Shown piece after piece: positions 38,439 through 52,100 of a DNA stretch of 64,000 bases. Position 1 is the first letter of the stretch. Each line of letters opens with the position of its first letter. The translations under genes were made by a program, and so were the position numbers. Below the pieces are notes generated by a model. It did no database searches, was not told where the DNA came from, and saw only the letters and a list, made by a program, of their open reading frames with translations. This DNA comes from Rotaria socialis (taxonomy: Eukaryota), in contig CAJNYD010000023.1 in assembly GCA_905331295.1 (NCBI GenBank), positions 186,001 to 250,000 of the forward strand. The letters are read 5' to 3'.

Positions 38439-39893
38439 TTATTCATTCCATACATTTGATCGACGAACAGCTTGTTGAAGAAGAAATAGAGCTTGTTGAA
38501 TTTGATTTGGATTACCATTTATTGTTATTAATCGATCATTGGTGCCATTCATGGGTTGAGAATCAATTTTAATTGATGCGCCTGATTCATGACGAATTTG
38601 AGATATTTTCGAACCCTTAGCACCGATAACAATACCTTTTGGAGTTAAAAAATGAAAATCAATTAATTTATATTTTAAAAGAGCGAAAAATTAACTATTT
38701 TACCCGCCATTTCATTTGGAATAGTCACTTGTGTGGTTGTCGATGGTTCATATTGTTGATGAGGTGGATTAAAACCACCACCACCACCACCACCACCACC
38801 ACGAGTGCGATTTCTGTTGTAACCATCGTCAGCATATTTATCATTATATTGTGAATAACCTTGTGATGATGGGCCATAACTAAAACATTATTTATCGCAA
38901 TAAGAAAAAAAAGAATAATTATTTTCTTCACATACGAATGATTTCGATATTCAATAGGATTGCTGGCTCGTAAATTTAATTGATTATTACCCATTGAATT
39001 ATCGGAATAGCCTCCGTAATCTGCAACATTATAACCATTATATGCCGATGGATCATAATAACGATATGAACCACGTGGTGGAACACCATTAAGCACACTG
39101 TAAACTTCAGTTAAACATCTTAAAACATCATCTTTACTGCCACGCATTGAAATACCTTAAGTAAAAGAAATATTTGTCGGTAGATATGATAGATTTGATT
39201 TTTTACATCGTTCTGTTGATCCTCCAGGGCAACATTCAGGATAGACTTTCACATCAACATTATCTAAATTAAAATTGTTATTAGCCTCATCTGATTGTTA
39301 TTCACCGCTTTCGAAAAAACATATTCTACCTGTCCCTTGAACTCACGTTTCTCTCTAAATTCTTTGATTCTTGATGCTCCTTTACCTGAAAATGCAAAAC
39401 AAAACAAAAACAATATATTGAATAATCAAGTTAACTTTTAAATATAATTTTTTTCTTACCAATCAATGCTCCTGCTTGGGATTGGTGGATTAGAGCGCGT
39501 ACTTCATTTTGGTCAGGTTTATGTGAATGTTGATGACTTTCCGAAATACACGTAAGTATATCGGATATACAATTAATTACATCTGTTTCATCGCCATTAA
39601 TAATTAAAACACGTTCGGGTACTTCACAGTCCGCTATTTGTATTTGGCATTGATGTTTTGTACGAAGCTCTTGAATAGTTTTTCCACCTTTACCAATAAT
39701 AGCTGGAAAAAAAATAAAGAGTTTAAATTTTTTTTTAAATTTTTTTCTAACCTCCTGCATGGCGAGATGGAATCAAAAGTCGAAAATTGGGTTTTCCATC
39801 ACGCATTGTACGATTTCGTCTTCCATCGTGTCCTTGATTATCGTCATTGATTCTATTCGAATTCATTGTGTTATCATCAACTTGATCGTCCAT
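38439..39893 (-). CDS. HNRNPK: Heterogeneous nuclear ribonucleoprotein K-like (3 KH domains)
   Basis: KH1 FRLLIPSRHAGAIIGKGGKTIQELR...PERVL; KH2 RALIHQSQAGALIGKGASRIKEFRE...STER; YDPSAY followed by DYGGY; a Gly-rich linker; KH3 [34 protein letters not shown]...DRLITING. Confidence 0.92.
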
Positions 39894-40928
39894 GCTTGTT
39901 TTTTTAAATTTGTTTTCAAATGTGGATGCAAAAACACATACACAATACTACGTTCTCCTATTCACTCGTTTTATACGCAGGTATAGATTAATCTAAAACA
40001 GAGTTCTTAATTGAATATAGAGGCACAACAAAATTTTGAAAGAATAAACGTTTTTTTTATTCGTTTACGATCGAAACCTATTCAGTATGAAATAATTATT
40101 CAATAAACAATATGATCTTGATAGAAATTGCATTCTGTTGACAAAGCTCATTGATAACATCCATTTATATATATAAAAGAAAATATTTCTCTTCTCTCGT
40201 TTGACAGATGCATTTTCACTATAGATATCGCTAGATGACAGTGCTATAGGATGATGTTTTTTTTTTGTAAATCAATTAAAAAAAATAAATCGAGCTATAG
40301 CTATCTATCTAGTTAATATGTAAATACTTATAAAAGAATTGTGCATGATAGAAATTATCAATAATGGCAATATTATAGACTTTATTAATTACTCTTGGCT
40401 TCTAAACTACTTTTGAAACATTGTAGGCGACATGGGCTAAAGAGCACACATGAACTTCAAGAGAGAATATCTGTGAATCGTTTTCAAATGAGTAAAGCTT
40501 GAACAGTTGGAAAAAACTTCGAGTGATGCACGTGCCAAAACATGAATAAGAAAAGCACTTTATCTTCTCATGACCGCTTATTATTATTACAGTGGCACGA
40601 AAAGAATATCATGAAGAATCTCTCAATGTTTCTTTCGATTTCTATTGGACATTGAAATCTTTGTAGTCTCATTTATGATTTATTTCATAAGACATACTCT
40701 AAAAAGAAACAACTACAGTGTATATAAGATAGTAGCTATGATACACGAGATATAAATACACATATCTATTTAATTCTGTTTTACATAGTAACTATCATTG
40801 TTAATGTTTCATCATAGTTAACTACACTGAAAAATAGTATATTTATTGATTCGTTTGTTTTTGAGAGGGTGAGAAACAAGTAAATATCATCATAAAAATT
40901 TTCATAATAATAGTTAGCTATATTAACA

Positions 40929-42179
40929 ATGAATCGAGTAAGAAAATCAATAAACAAAATGATTCGAATAGAATTTATTTTTTCTATTTAGGGTTTTAAT
41001 CCAGTTGAGGTCTATTATAATCGTGATTTACATTTACATAAACCTGGCGTTATACCAAAAGCATCTCGTCGTACTTCAGCCATAACATCAAGCCGTCATA
41101 AATATGAATTAAAACAAGAACTGGGTACAAATAAAACAATTGAATCTTGGTTTGAAAATCATTCACCACAAGGTTTGATCTAGTTTTATTTTATTTTTCT
41201 TAATTTTCCTTAATCTCTTAAGAACGGCAAACTGTTTACAGTTTTCTTGATACACTTTATAAGTCTAATAATGTTAAAGATAAAAAAGTGCAAAATAGTC
41301 GATTATACAATCGAGTACGAACAGCTTCAGCTCATTCGTCACGACGTCAATTACTTGAACCTACTCAACGCGATAATCAAACATCAAAACATAATATTGG
41401 CCAACTTGTTGAATCATTAGAAAGGTATTTTCTTTTATTATTATAACATAGATAAGCTAATCACAAGTTGTTTTTCTCTTGAAACTTATTCTATGCTTTT
41501 TCTCCTTGATATAAAAAATGTCCTTGTAAAAAAGATAAAATCTAGCTGATTGTAGCTGCAATGAATTTTTTAGAATTGATTATTTCTTTCTCGATAAAGA
41601 TGAACGAGTGAAAGACTCTGTTCTATGTATTTATCAGGTTTAATTCGTACAATCGGTTTAGTTCAAAATCACTAATAATCGTAACTGATAAAATAAAATA
41701 GGACTAATAGAAAGTTTTCTTCCTTCTAGGGAAGGACAATAAAAATAAACTTTCTATATACCTACCAAACTTCGCACAGTCTGTTCATCAATGAGAATTT
41801 ACTTAAATTTCTTTTAAGCTTTCGTCTTTCAACATCAGTTCAAGAAAAAGGTATTCCAACAGCATCAAACGATTCAGCAATTCAATCAGCTGATGTAAAT
41901 CAAAGAAAAAGCGATGCTAACATAGAAACGAATAGTGTACGTCCATCAACGGCAACGATTAGGCCGATTGAAAAAATGCAATCTGAAAATAATTCTGATA
42001 ATCAATCGACTACAACTAATAGAAGAAACTTGCGTTATCTTTCGCAATCGTGGCGTGTAATTAATCCGCAAGATGATATTCAACTTAATCCTCGTTCTGA
42101 CAACAATACATCATCATTTTTCAATTATACAAAAAAAGCTTATCCAGAATATTATTTTATTCATCCTGATTGGTATTAA
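40929..42179 (+). CDS. Uncharacterised 4-exon protein-coding gene (~260 aa)
   Basis: ATGAATCGA|gtaag is followed by exons from ~40992, ~41223 and ~41819 that splice in frame: MNRGFNPVEVYYNRDLHLHKPG...IESWFENHSPQERQTVYSFLDTLY...RYLSQSWR...YPEYYFIHPDWY*. No domain recognised. Confidence 0.75.
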
Positions 42180-42746
42180 CATTCATTTAGTTTTAGATTT
42201 TTTTATTTTTAAAGAAAATATTTTGTCTAGAAATAACAGAACTTTCATTTTTCAACTATTTTTTATCAGTAATAAATAAAAGCTTCAAATAAAAGCATCA
42301 ACAAGAACACAGATTAAATAAATGTAGTATGCTTATTTTTATTTTTTAAGACAAAAATCGTCATCGTAATTATGTTACTACTAAAGAATTCGTCAGAAAG
42401 TTTCAATAGCTTGTATCTATTTAGTATATGATCTTGGCTATTTTACAAAAATAAGCGTAAAAATATAAAATCTCTCTTTCTTGTTATTACAAGATATAGA
42501 AAACTTTTCTAATTATCATGCAATTAATGCGATGCTAAGCAAAACATTAATGTAGCCCGTCGCGTACGCATTCAAAGTGAGCATTTTTATGACGTGATGA
42601 TCTCAAGAACGAATTTTCGTTTGATACTCGTTGAAACAGTGTTAGTAAGATTAAGAAAGATCTCCATATAATGAAAATTTTGTCCGATTGTCGTGAAAGC
42701 TCGAAATTTTTTCTTAACAAGATTCGATTGTGTATGTTTGAGGTCT

Positions 42747-42830
42747 AGTGATCAGCGGAGTTGAACTTTTTGACTACAATTCCGACTCCGACCAAAAACT
42801 TTTCCAGACTCTAATACCGACTCCGGAAAA
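42747..42830. mobile_element. Possible fragment of a DNA transposon terminus with CCGACTCC sub-repeats
   Basis: GC-richer patch with CGGAGTTG and repeated CCGACTCCG. No matching opposite end found. Confidence 0.3.
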
Positions 42831-43849
42831 GCCCGAAATTGATTTTTAGCTTAGAGGCACCGGATTTACATCAAATGATTAGTATCCCGAAAGGATGAAT
42901 AAGCAAGGGAATAAGTAGGAACTGAACAATGTGTATTATTTTAAGAGTTCTTTGTTTCTTTGGTTTTTGTTCTAAGTCACTAATATTTTGAGTAAGAAAA
43001 TTTTGATAATTAAAGATAATGATTCGCTAATAAAATTCAATGAAAAGAAGAAAACATCAACATTAAGCGAGTAGTGACGTTTTTAATGTTTTTGTTTTGT
43101 CAATTTTTACTAGGAACGTGCCCATGTGGAAGGTGGGGGTAGGAGAATCCGTGCTCCTAACTTTCAAACAGAGTGGCCTTACATCGTGAAATTTATGTAG
43201 AACTTTTTGTTTTAAAATCTGAATGTTACAAGTTTGCCCCGAGGAATATATAAATCAAATACATGAATAATATTAGAATCTATTTAGAAAAATGTGATTC
43301 ATGTGCGATCCGAAAGGTTACCGTGTCAGCGAACTGCATGTTTTGCCCCTCTCTATCCGTCGGCGTTCTATTGCATTCGTGTATGGAAAGTCGTATCGAT
43401 CAATCTACAACATTTGATTCTTTTTCTTTAAATTGATAACAATAATATGATTGCTATACACCAATTTAGGCATCAAAATTTCTTTATTTACAATCCAACA
43501 GAATACCTCTTATTAGAAGGTGATATTTACATAAGCTTGATTAATCATAAAGCAACAGAAAACAAAATGCTAGAGGAACTGTTGTTTTTACGGATTTTGT
43601 TTTACTTTATTATAATGTAGAATATACATCATCTATCTATTCTTTTTTTGGTGATAAATATTTCAGTGATGTTATTAATATTGCTTAGTAAAATTGTTTT
43701 ATTGGAATGTTTTTCTTACTGTTTTGAAAGATCTGAAAAAATTGAATTATTTTTTATTTCAAATATCATTTTACAGAAAAGAACTTGTTTGGTCATTCGA
43801 TTGCTGTCGAAATCGATTGATCAGTCAATAAAAAAAGATTATAACTTTA

Positions 43850-44990
43850 AGAAGAAATTTCTTCGTTTCTCCAAACGATCATTTTATTTTTATACGCATC
43901 AAAATAATGCTCTGATTTATTGAATAAAATATAACTACAAATGTTTTCATGATAATTTTCCCATTGATTTGGCTGTTAATAAAGAATCTTGCATGTACGT
44001 ATCCACCATGCTTGGAATGCAATTAGCAATCACTGTAACTTCCGATGGAAATTCATATCCATGATACGTAATACATGTACTCGTGTACGTTTGACAGTTT
44101 AATATAGCAGGCTAATGTCAGCCTTCATTTGCTTGACACATCTGCATGTGAACTTGACATATTGATCTGATATAGATATTCTTTGCAAAATGGATTGCCA
44201 CCGGATATTGTTGAATATCTTTTAATGGTATTTGACAAACTTTAATAATTAATGCAAAATCATTCCATTTACGATGCTTAAGCATTGCACTAGCATATGT
44301 ACTATGATCTGTGTCAGTATAGACAAGTACCCAGGATAATCATTTCGGTTGTCGGAACGGGCATCTTAAAAGGCTATAAAAACGGCCATCGTTTTCAACA
44401 CTTTGTTTGTCGTTTTCCGAGCTGACGGAAACGGCGCCGCTTTTCCACGTTTTATAGCCGTTTCAGACCGTTTACCCACCGCTTTCTTGGACATGGACAG
44501 GTCATAATGTGTTGCTACGAAATCATCATTTGTCGATGATTCTAAAAGAATAGTAGAGAAAAATTAAATAATAAAGAATCTTATTTTCAAGTACCTGTAA
44601 CGCCTATTGCTACAGAAAAATGTTTTCGTTTCCTCTTCTCTTCAATTGTACTTTCTTTTGTTGTTTTTCTCTATGTTTTATAAAGTAAACAGTTCCAGTT
44701 TGATTCAAATCGATTAATACTGGTGGACAGATTGTTGTAGTTGGGCTTGAATTAATTTTGTCAAATTTAATTCCCATATATGATCGAATGATGAATTACA
44801 ATACTTTTAATTAATCTGGCATCTACAACAAAAATAAAATATTCATAATATGCTTTCATCAGTTTTAGTATCTGCAGATATAGAAATTCTTTGAATAGGC
44901 AACTAGTAGACGGTCATAGTCTGATGATTCATAGAATCAATACCAAGCAATGCATTTGAAAAAGTGGATGAAGGAGCACCTTTTTCAAGG
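43850..44990 (-). pseudogene. Possible decayed intron-containing gene of unknown family, interrupted by an insertion
   Basis: A typical short GT-AG intron near 44594-44545 is followed by ESSTNDDFVATHYDL. This continues in frame as LVYTDTDHSTYASAMLKHRKWNDF... if 44329-44497 is removed. Neighbouring frames contain stops and frameshifts. Confidence 0.35.
44329..44497. mobile_element. Short GC-rich inserted element (ACCCAGG terminus, AAACGG/CCGTTT sub-repeats)
   Basis: Sharp GC step against the flanks and repeated AACGG/CCGTTT. Removing it restores a reading frame on the minus strand. Confidence 0.5.
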
Positions 44991-45260
44991 CTCTAATTGT
45001 GTCATTCGACGCGACGACGACAGATAGACATTTTTATTTAGTACAATGCTTTGTGTCCAATTAGTACGTTTCGGTGTTACCACTAGTAGGTAGTCACGAG
45101 AACACAACAATGATTGCCTAAGCCAATACAAACGCTATACAGAATCTTTAAAGGTTACCTATGTAAATTAAAACAATATCTTCGACAATATTCTGGTAAG
45201 AACATGTTTTTTTTTATCAATGATTTATTTTCAATCCTTTTTTTTAAAGATCTTTATCGT

Positions 45261-45468
45261 GCCAAAAACGATCGTATACAGTCGGATGCTGAAATATCCG
45301 ACCACATTACGGTCGTTAGCAATCGTTTACGACACGGAGAAATGCGACGCATGCCAAAACGTCAAATTACGGTGATTTACGGTCGGAAACGTTATAAAGC
45401 GGTAGTATACGTTGCCGGATGCGCCCGTTTACGCTCGTATCAGGTGGTCGTAATGTTCGTCCTTGGCT
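45261..45468. mobile_element. Short GC-rich MITE-like element
   Basis: The left end GCCAAAAACGATC resembles the reverse complement of the right end (GCCAAGGACGAAC). Internal TTACGG/CGTTTACG repeats and CpG-rich composition relative to the background. Confidence 0.5.
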
Positions 45469-48400
45469 AAGATTTGTATATGATATCAATTGTGTCTGAT
45501 TTCTCCTATCGAATTCCGTTTAGACAACGTAAAATATGAAGCATATTTTTTAGTAGACCGGTTCAACGTACTGAGACTTAATGTTGATTTAGCCAGACTT
45601 AAAATGACACCATCAGAAAATGTTAGTCACAAGTCTATTCGTTGACAGCTAAACTGAGAAAACGATTTCAGAATGTATCGCTAGGTATGAATAGAGTTTT
45701 CCAAGTGATGAATTTTCATCACGTCTACATGAAAACTATTTAACATTTCTTTGAATTCAAGATTTTTCGAATTGTATTCGATTCGATCTTTGCATCGCAT
45801 TCTGTGTTCGCATGAAACTCGAAGACCATGTAGTTTTCTATTGATTTTCTTTGTATTCCTGTCATAGCATCAAGTATTGTCATATGAAATAGTCACCAGG
45901 AGTCAATTATGACAGTTTCTATCAGCGGTACCCTAAAGATCATATGGTCGACCTTTTTTCATACTATTTTTACAAGCCTCTTAACTAGCTAAAACTTTGC
46001 AACACATTCTTGTGCTCCTCGTTACTTTGTTTTTCTGCTTTTGAATCGGTATAAACACAGTTGTAAAATCGTTATACTCAAATAAACACAATGATTTATC
46101 GTACTACATCTCATACGATGACTAAGTTAATTTTAGTGATAGATGATTCATGATTTATTTCATGTAAATTTTTGAATGTTTCGATATCAGAGAATCGTGC
46201 CCATTAGTAATAGATTTTAATTTCAACTAAAATCAATATTTATTTGTTTTAGTGTGTTGATCTTCATCATCATATGATATTTGTGTGTTAATCGAAATGT
46301 GCGTTTTGTCGTTTCTAATATTTTCTATAGAATATCTGGCAGGCGTATTTACCATTACTCGAAAACATCAATCAGGAGAAAAACTGCATAGGCTTGTGAT
46401 GTCACAAGAGATTTCTTCACTAATTACTATTGTTACAGCGCTTTTCTCACCGGTTAGCCGTTATTCGATAGTTTAGTAACTAGTTGATCGGTGAAAAACT
46501 TTTGATATTATTACAGTTCTCAAATAAGTTTATCCCGAAAAATAATGTAAGATTTTTCTGAGATTTTCAACATATTCAAGCAAAAGAGTGCTACATGAGC
46601 AGGTCAACATCATAAGCGTCCGTCCGACAGTGACTGATTATTTCTTTTGTACTTTTCGTATGAATGTTTCCTTCAGGATACACTTCAACGTGATAATCTT
46701 ATTTTATTTTCTGTTTTGAAAAAAAAGGAAGTAATAAATAAATATCATTACTAATCGAACTACGAAATAACAAATCACCCAGCTGAGATTTTAACAAAAC
46801 CTTCAATCCTTGATGAATACATCGTCTCGATCTAATCCAACCTTGATATAAAGCGATAGTATCTAATGGTGTTTTCATGCGAAATCTAGGTTGACAATTG
46901 ATGTTTTTGTTTTTTATTTTAATTCTAAACTTGTTTTTATCTTCATTCAATCAAAAGGCTATCAACTGATCTCACTTATAAATAACATCTGATTACGGCA
47001 TAACTAGACTCTCTAGCAGTTTTAAGTCATCTTTGTTTTTGTCACAATATGCCAGTCAGTTGAAATATATGCAAAATATACTAATTCTTTTCATGTACTA
47101 GAAAAACATTGACTAATCTCTTACTTTCATCACACAAGCTAAAAATTGAAGAAGAAGAAAAAAAACTTCTCGTTTTTCAATGCAACATTCATATATTTTT
47201 CAAAAATGTATTTTCTGTTTTTTTCCTTTTTGAATATTTCTTCTGAAAAAATATCGATGACAATATTCATTGAGTTGTCATACGATCAATAGAGAAATCG
47301 AATGTAATATGGAATTCTATTGTATTGTTGACTTCATATTTATCGAAAACCATTTGATCGCTTCATTTCATTGTAAAACTACATTAATAACATTACCATC
47401 GGTAAGTAAAAATAGTCGAATATGAAAGGTATTACTAAGAGTACTGGCAACACGAAAAGAGATCCATTTTCTTTTTGATTACTTTTTGATTCTTTGCTTT
47501 TACGTATAAAATAGCGCTTTGCTACCTGATATTAATCTATTCAATGGATAGGATGATTCATTTTACTGCGCAGACATTTAATAGACCATGCAAAAACAAA
47601 ATATATAGGATACGAAGTGTATTTTTGTGGATGAGAAAGAAATTGTGGTAAAGCAGTTAAAAATAAGTTATCATTGTCATCAACATAGCATATATCATTT
47701 CATTGGATTCTTTATACTGACATGCCACATGCATATCATTTGTTTTCGAAAGTTAGTATTACTGTTGTTGTTGTTGTTGTTATTGTTGTTAAGCTGATAA
47801 GACCATTAGTCTCATAGAGAAAGATATTTTTGTTCATTCAAAATGTATGAATATAGCAGAACTCGTTTTTTTTAATGTTATAGCGTAGAAAAAAGTAGGA
47901 AGGGAATCAATGACTGTTGATTCTTTCTGAAAATGATGTCAACATTTTATTTCACTATTTTTAGAAAGAAAGAAGAAGCAAGAGAGTAAACTGCTTGAGA
48001 CAATCAATCAAGCGTGTAAATATTTTGCAAAAATCGATTTCTTCTTCTTTTCGTTTTCTATTTTTTGTATACAGTATTGAATAGTACGACAAAAACAAAG
48101 TGAATGTGGTATTGCCATAAATTAGTTGTATAGTACGGATCATAATCATTCTATCATGAAGGCCATTTATATTATCAGTAGGTTTTTTTATTTGACTTTC
48201 TTTGCTTTTTCATTTATGCACATCTATATTGCCGTTGTTATTTTTATGGTTACATGCGTCTTTTTCGTTTTTTCTATTAACATGATTTCACATTTTCCCC
48301 CGTCGATACTTGCCTGTGCAGCTGCAGACACGAAAAAGCAAATACATGCCGCCGTGTTTTAGTGTGCGGAGAATAAAAAAACCGCATGTTCGCTTCATTC

Positions 48401-49112
48401 GTAGGAAAGCGAAGAGCGCTGGTGATGATTGTGTCCATGAAAACACAACACATATGAATACTCTTATAGGCAGTTGAGAATAAGAATAACAATCACAAGT
48501 AAGTAAGAGAACGTCTTTGTTCTCTCATCATACAAAAAAGCATCCTGAAATAAGCGCACACCAATTGCAAATCATGCATGCTAGATAAATTATGCGAATA
48601 ATACCCGAATTTTACGCTTATAATTATTGTTGTGCGAATAGATTAATACTATCCTATAAATTTTGAATTTTCGAAAGTAATCGAATTCATAAAACATTAA
48701 TTAATATGTTTTTTATTTTGACTTTTACTCATTGTGTGCTACCACAACACAATAGCTATCATTGATGACAACATCCGATAGAACGATAATAGTATTGCCT
48801 ATGATGATAACGTGCACACGAAAGATGATTAAATAGAATCAAGCGTATGACCTTATATTGTATATGTTTTAGCTAGGCAATACTTTACATTGATATTATG
48901 AATATTTTTGTAAGCGAATCATCATGTATACAAATGACTCTCTTCATTCTTTATATGCGTCTCTAACTTCGCCAGGGCATTGTGCTGTTTTTTAAACGTA
49001 TTTTATTAATGCTGCTGCATAGGCTTGCATCAGCTGCTATCAGTATATATATATATATATATATATAACTTTGTGGTAAACATGTTTCTTTTGTATGATT
49101 GTTTTTTAGATA

Positions 49113-52100
49113 ATGCATCGTCGTATTTATTGCGTTTCGATATGTGTTTTTTTATTCATTGCACATCTCGGATTATGTTCCGATGATACAACTGCTATTA
49201 TTTCAATATCTGAGGAGTATAATAATGATCTCAATTCAGAAGAACATGCACATCCAATGCCCCCAATACCAGCACCAATTGAAGCGACAACAATAATAGA
49301 TTCAGTTGCTGAGAACGTACCTGAAAATATTATTGTAAATGTCACAGAGTCGACAACTACACTTACAACAGTGATGATAATTAATGAAAAACGGGAGAAA
49401 CAATTTCGTACCGATGTATGTCATCATGTTTAGCTTTTTTTAAAATTTTTAGGATCAAGGAGTAAATGATTATTTTCAGTTCTACACAAATATTGATTCA
49501 TTTGAATAGCTATATGCTATAGAAAAAAAAAGGAATTCAACAACTTTATCAAAACTTGTTGACAGGCAGGCTTAATTGAATGTATACAATTATGATAACA
49601 GTTACACGTTAAAATGTATCAAAAAGCTCGATTATTTGTAATTAAATACATGAGTTTTTTTCCTTGATCCTATGTTCTTATCATTTGAAAAGAAACAAAA
49701 ATAAAAACAAAAACAAAAACAAAAACGACCTTTCCCTTCATTTTTTTTCTTTAGTACTCGTTAAATGGCAATCTATCGTCATCATCCTTATCTGATATGA
49801 TCCTAAATAGTTATATAAATGATTTAATTACACTTGTTTTTAAAGAACATGAAATTCTATTAGTTAATAAAACTGATGGAACAATTAAACATGTTTTTCA
49901 ATATGCGCACATTGTTCCAACCAATCAAGAAATACATCCATCAAATGTCAGTATTCAATTAATATGTTTATAATTAATTACTTTTTTAAATAGTTTCTTG
50001 TTATTTTCGATGAAAATACTCAAACACTTTGGACTTTCAATTCTACTCATCAACAAAATACAATCATATCATTTAAACCGAAACAAATCCATATTTTTCC
50101 AGAAGGAAATAATTCGTGGATTGCTGAAACATCGGATGAAGTTGATGTAAGAATGTTTGGTTTCTTTTGTTTAATCATATTTTATATTATCTCTATATCA
50201 TAGTTATACATTAGCCAAGATTTCGGTATTGCATGGAAAGCAATCAATTCTAGTAGTAGTTCTGCAGTACTTGGCTGGTATGTTTTTGTTTGGTCAACGC
50301 CCTCATATGACCTCATACATATGTTAAGTTACTTTTACTTTCATCTAGGGCAAACAAAGCAAATGCCGTTGTTATTGTTCAACATTCACGTTACATAAAA
50401 TTACTTGATGTAACAACACATCAAATAACACCGATTTTGAATGATGTATCATCGGCGAAACTTTTCTCGCGTTATCTACTTGCAAAAACAACAGACGTAA
50501 ATGACACATGAAATATGCTTTTTTTAAAATTTCATATAAGATGTCAATCAAATATTTTATTTAGGGTTCGAGTGTAATTAGCCATGTGAACAATTTAGCT
50601 GAGGAAGGTTTTCGATCGTTACCCAAACGATTACAATCTCAAGGCAATGTATGAATTAGTTTTTTTTTTTATTTTTGTTCAAAAATCTATACGAAAGAAA
50701 TCTTCGCAAATGATTTATTTTCTTTTTCAAAAATATTCAACATTAGGCAATCGTAATGTTGCAGAAATCTCATTCAGTTTTTTTGAAAATAGAATATCTC
50801 AACACTCCATGAATCATTTGTATCATTGAAACTATTAGAACTTCGTAAAATCGATCGAGAAGAACTTTAATTTTAATTTTACAAATTGGAACCCGCAGAT
50901 TTCAAAACTAGAGCAAATCAGTAGAGAAGGATTAGAAATTCGAAATATTTTGGATTCTTTTTTAACCTTGAAATTCATTATCGAAGCCAAAAATTTGTTT
51001 GAAATTCGTAAATCATTGCAAGCAATGTTTTTTTATTATTATAATTCACTTTCGGTTTTAGTTTTATTGTGCTATTGAAGATGTCAATACTCAAGATTTA
51101 TTACTTTTATTTATTACTGATAACAAGTTACAAGAAAATAATGAAACAAGAGTACCAACAACATGTAATCTTATGAGCTATTCAAAACAAAATCTATTCA
51201 ACTTGCCAAATATTAATTGTGAATCAATAAACATTGACAATTCATATAATACGATCGAGTAAATTAATATAAGCATAAATCATAGAAATTTAAAACTGTT
51301 TTTTGCTTAGATGCTCAACAAAACAAATACCATTTTATCAGGTGCGTGGGTTACTGAAAACTGTTTTCTTAGCAAATGTTGGACCCGAAGCAACTACAAT
51401 GGTTTCATTTGATGATGGAGTTACGTGGAATAAAACGCATTATGAATGTGATAAGGTATGTCAAAAAGTAGCTTATATTTTCAAAAAGAGCCTATTTAAT
51501 ATTAGATGATGAGTTGTCCGGAAAATGCATCAATTCTAATAAGCTCATTAGTATCTTCAAATGATGCACCAGGAATTCTTGTCGGAAAAGGTAAAATAAA
51601 TGTCAATTTGAATGATTATGCTTTTATTTGTTTATTTACGTTTTTTGAAGCTTTCGATGGTATCAGTGAATATGTAGCAATCTCATCCAATGGCGGGCGA
51701 TTATGGCACTTAGTAAATTTTCTTTATTAAAGTTTTCTATGCTGATCTATTTCGAAGTTTCTTTAGAGTTTCAAAGGTCATGACTATTTAACTGCTATAT
51801 CAAATCCAAATGCTCTTATTGTCACTATACCAAAAACAAATCATTCATCGTTGGATCATTCTTTTCGGTAGGAAGAGGATTATTATTATTATAAAAGAAA
51901 TTTAAGAATTCTATTTATTTCTACTTACGATTTGTTAAGATATTCAACTGATTATGGTCGTAATTGGCATCATGGAAAAATCTCAAATGATACCTCTTCT
52001 CAAATATTATCTCTTATTGCTGATAAAAATAATATGTTTTATATTTTATCATTAAATACCAAAAATAAATTGAATTTAATTCAACTCGATTTTAATCTTC

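Noticed and set aside
45000..45045. CGACGCGACGACGACAGATAGACA patch and CGTCCGTCCG near 46617, reminiscent of Helentron-type relics
   Set aside because: Only short fragments, with no termini or hairpin confirmed.
45114..45470. 118-aa ORF ending ...VVVMFVLG
   Set aside because: Its second half lies in a GC-rich repeat element, so it is likely a spurious ORF.
50700..51025. Weak inverted similarity (GCAAATGATTTA / TAAATCATTGC) in a long intron of the SORL1-like gene
   Set aside because: Too short and AT-rich to call an element, and no TSD.
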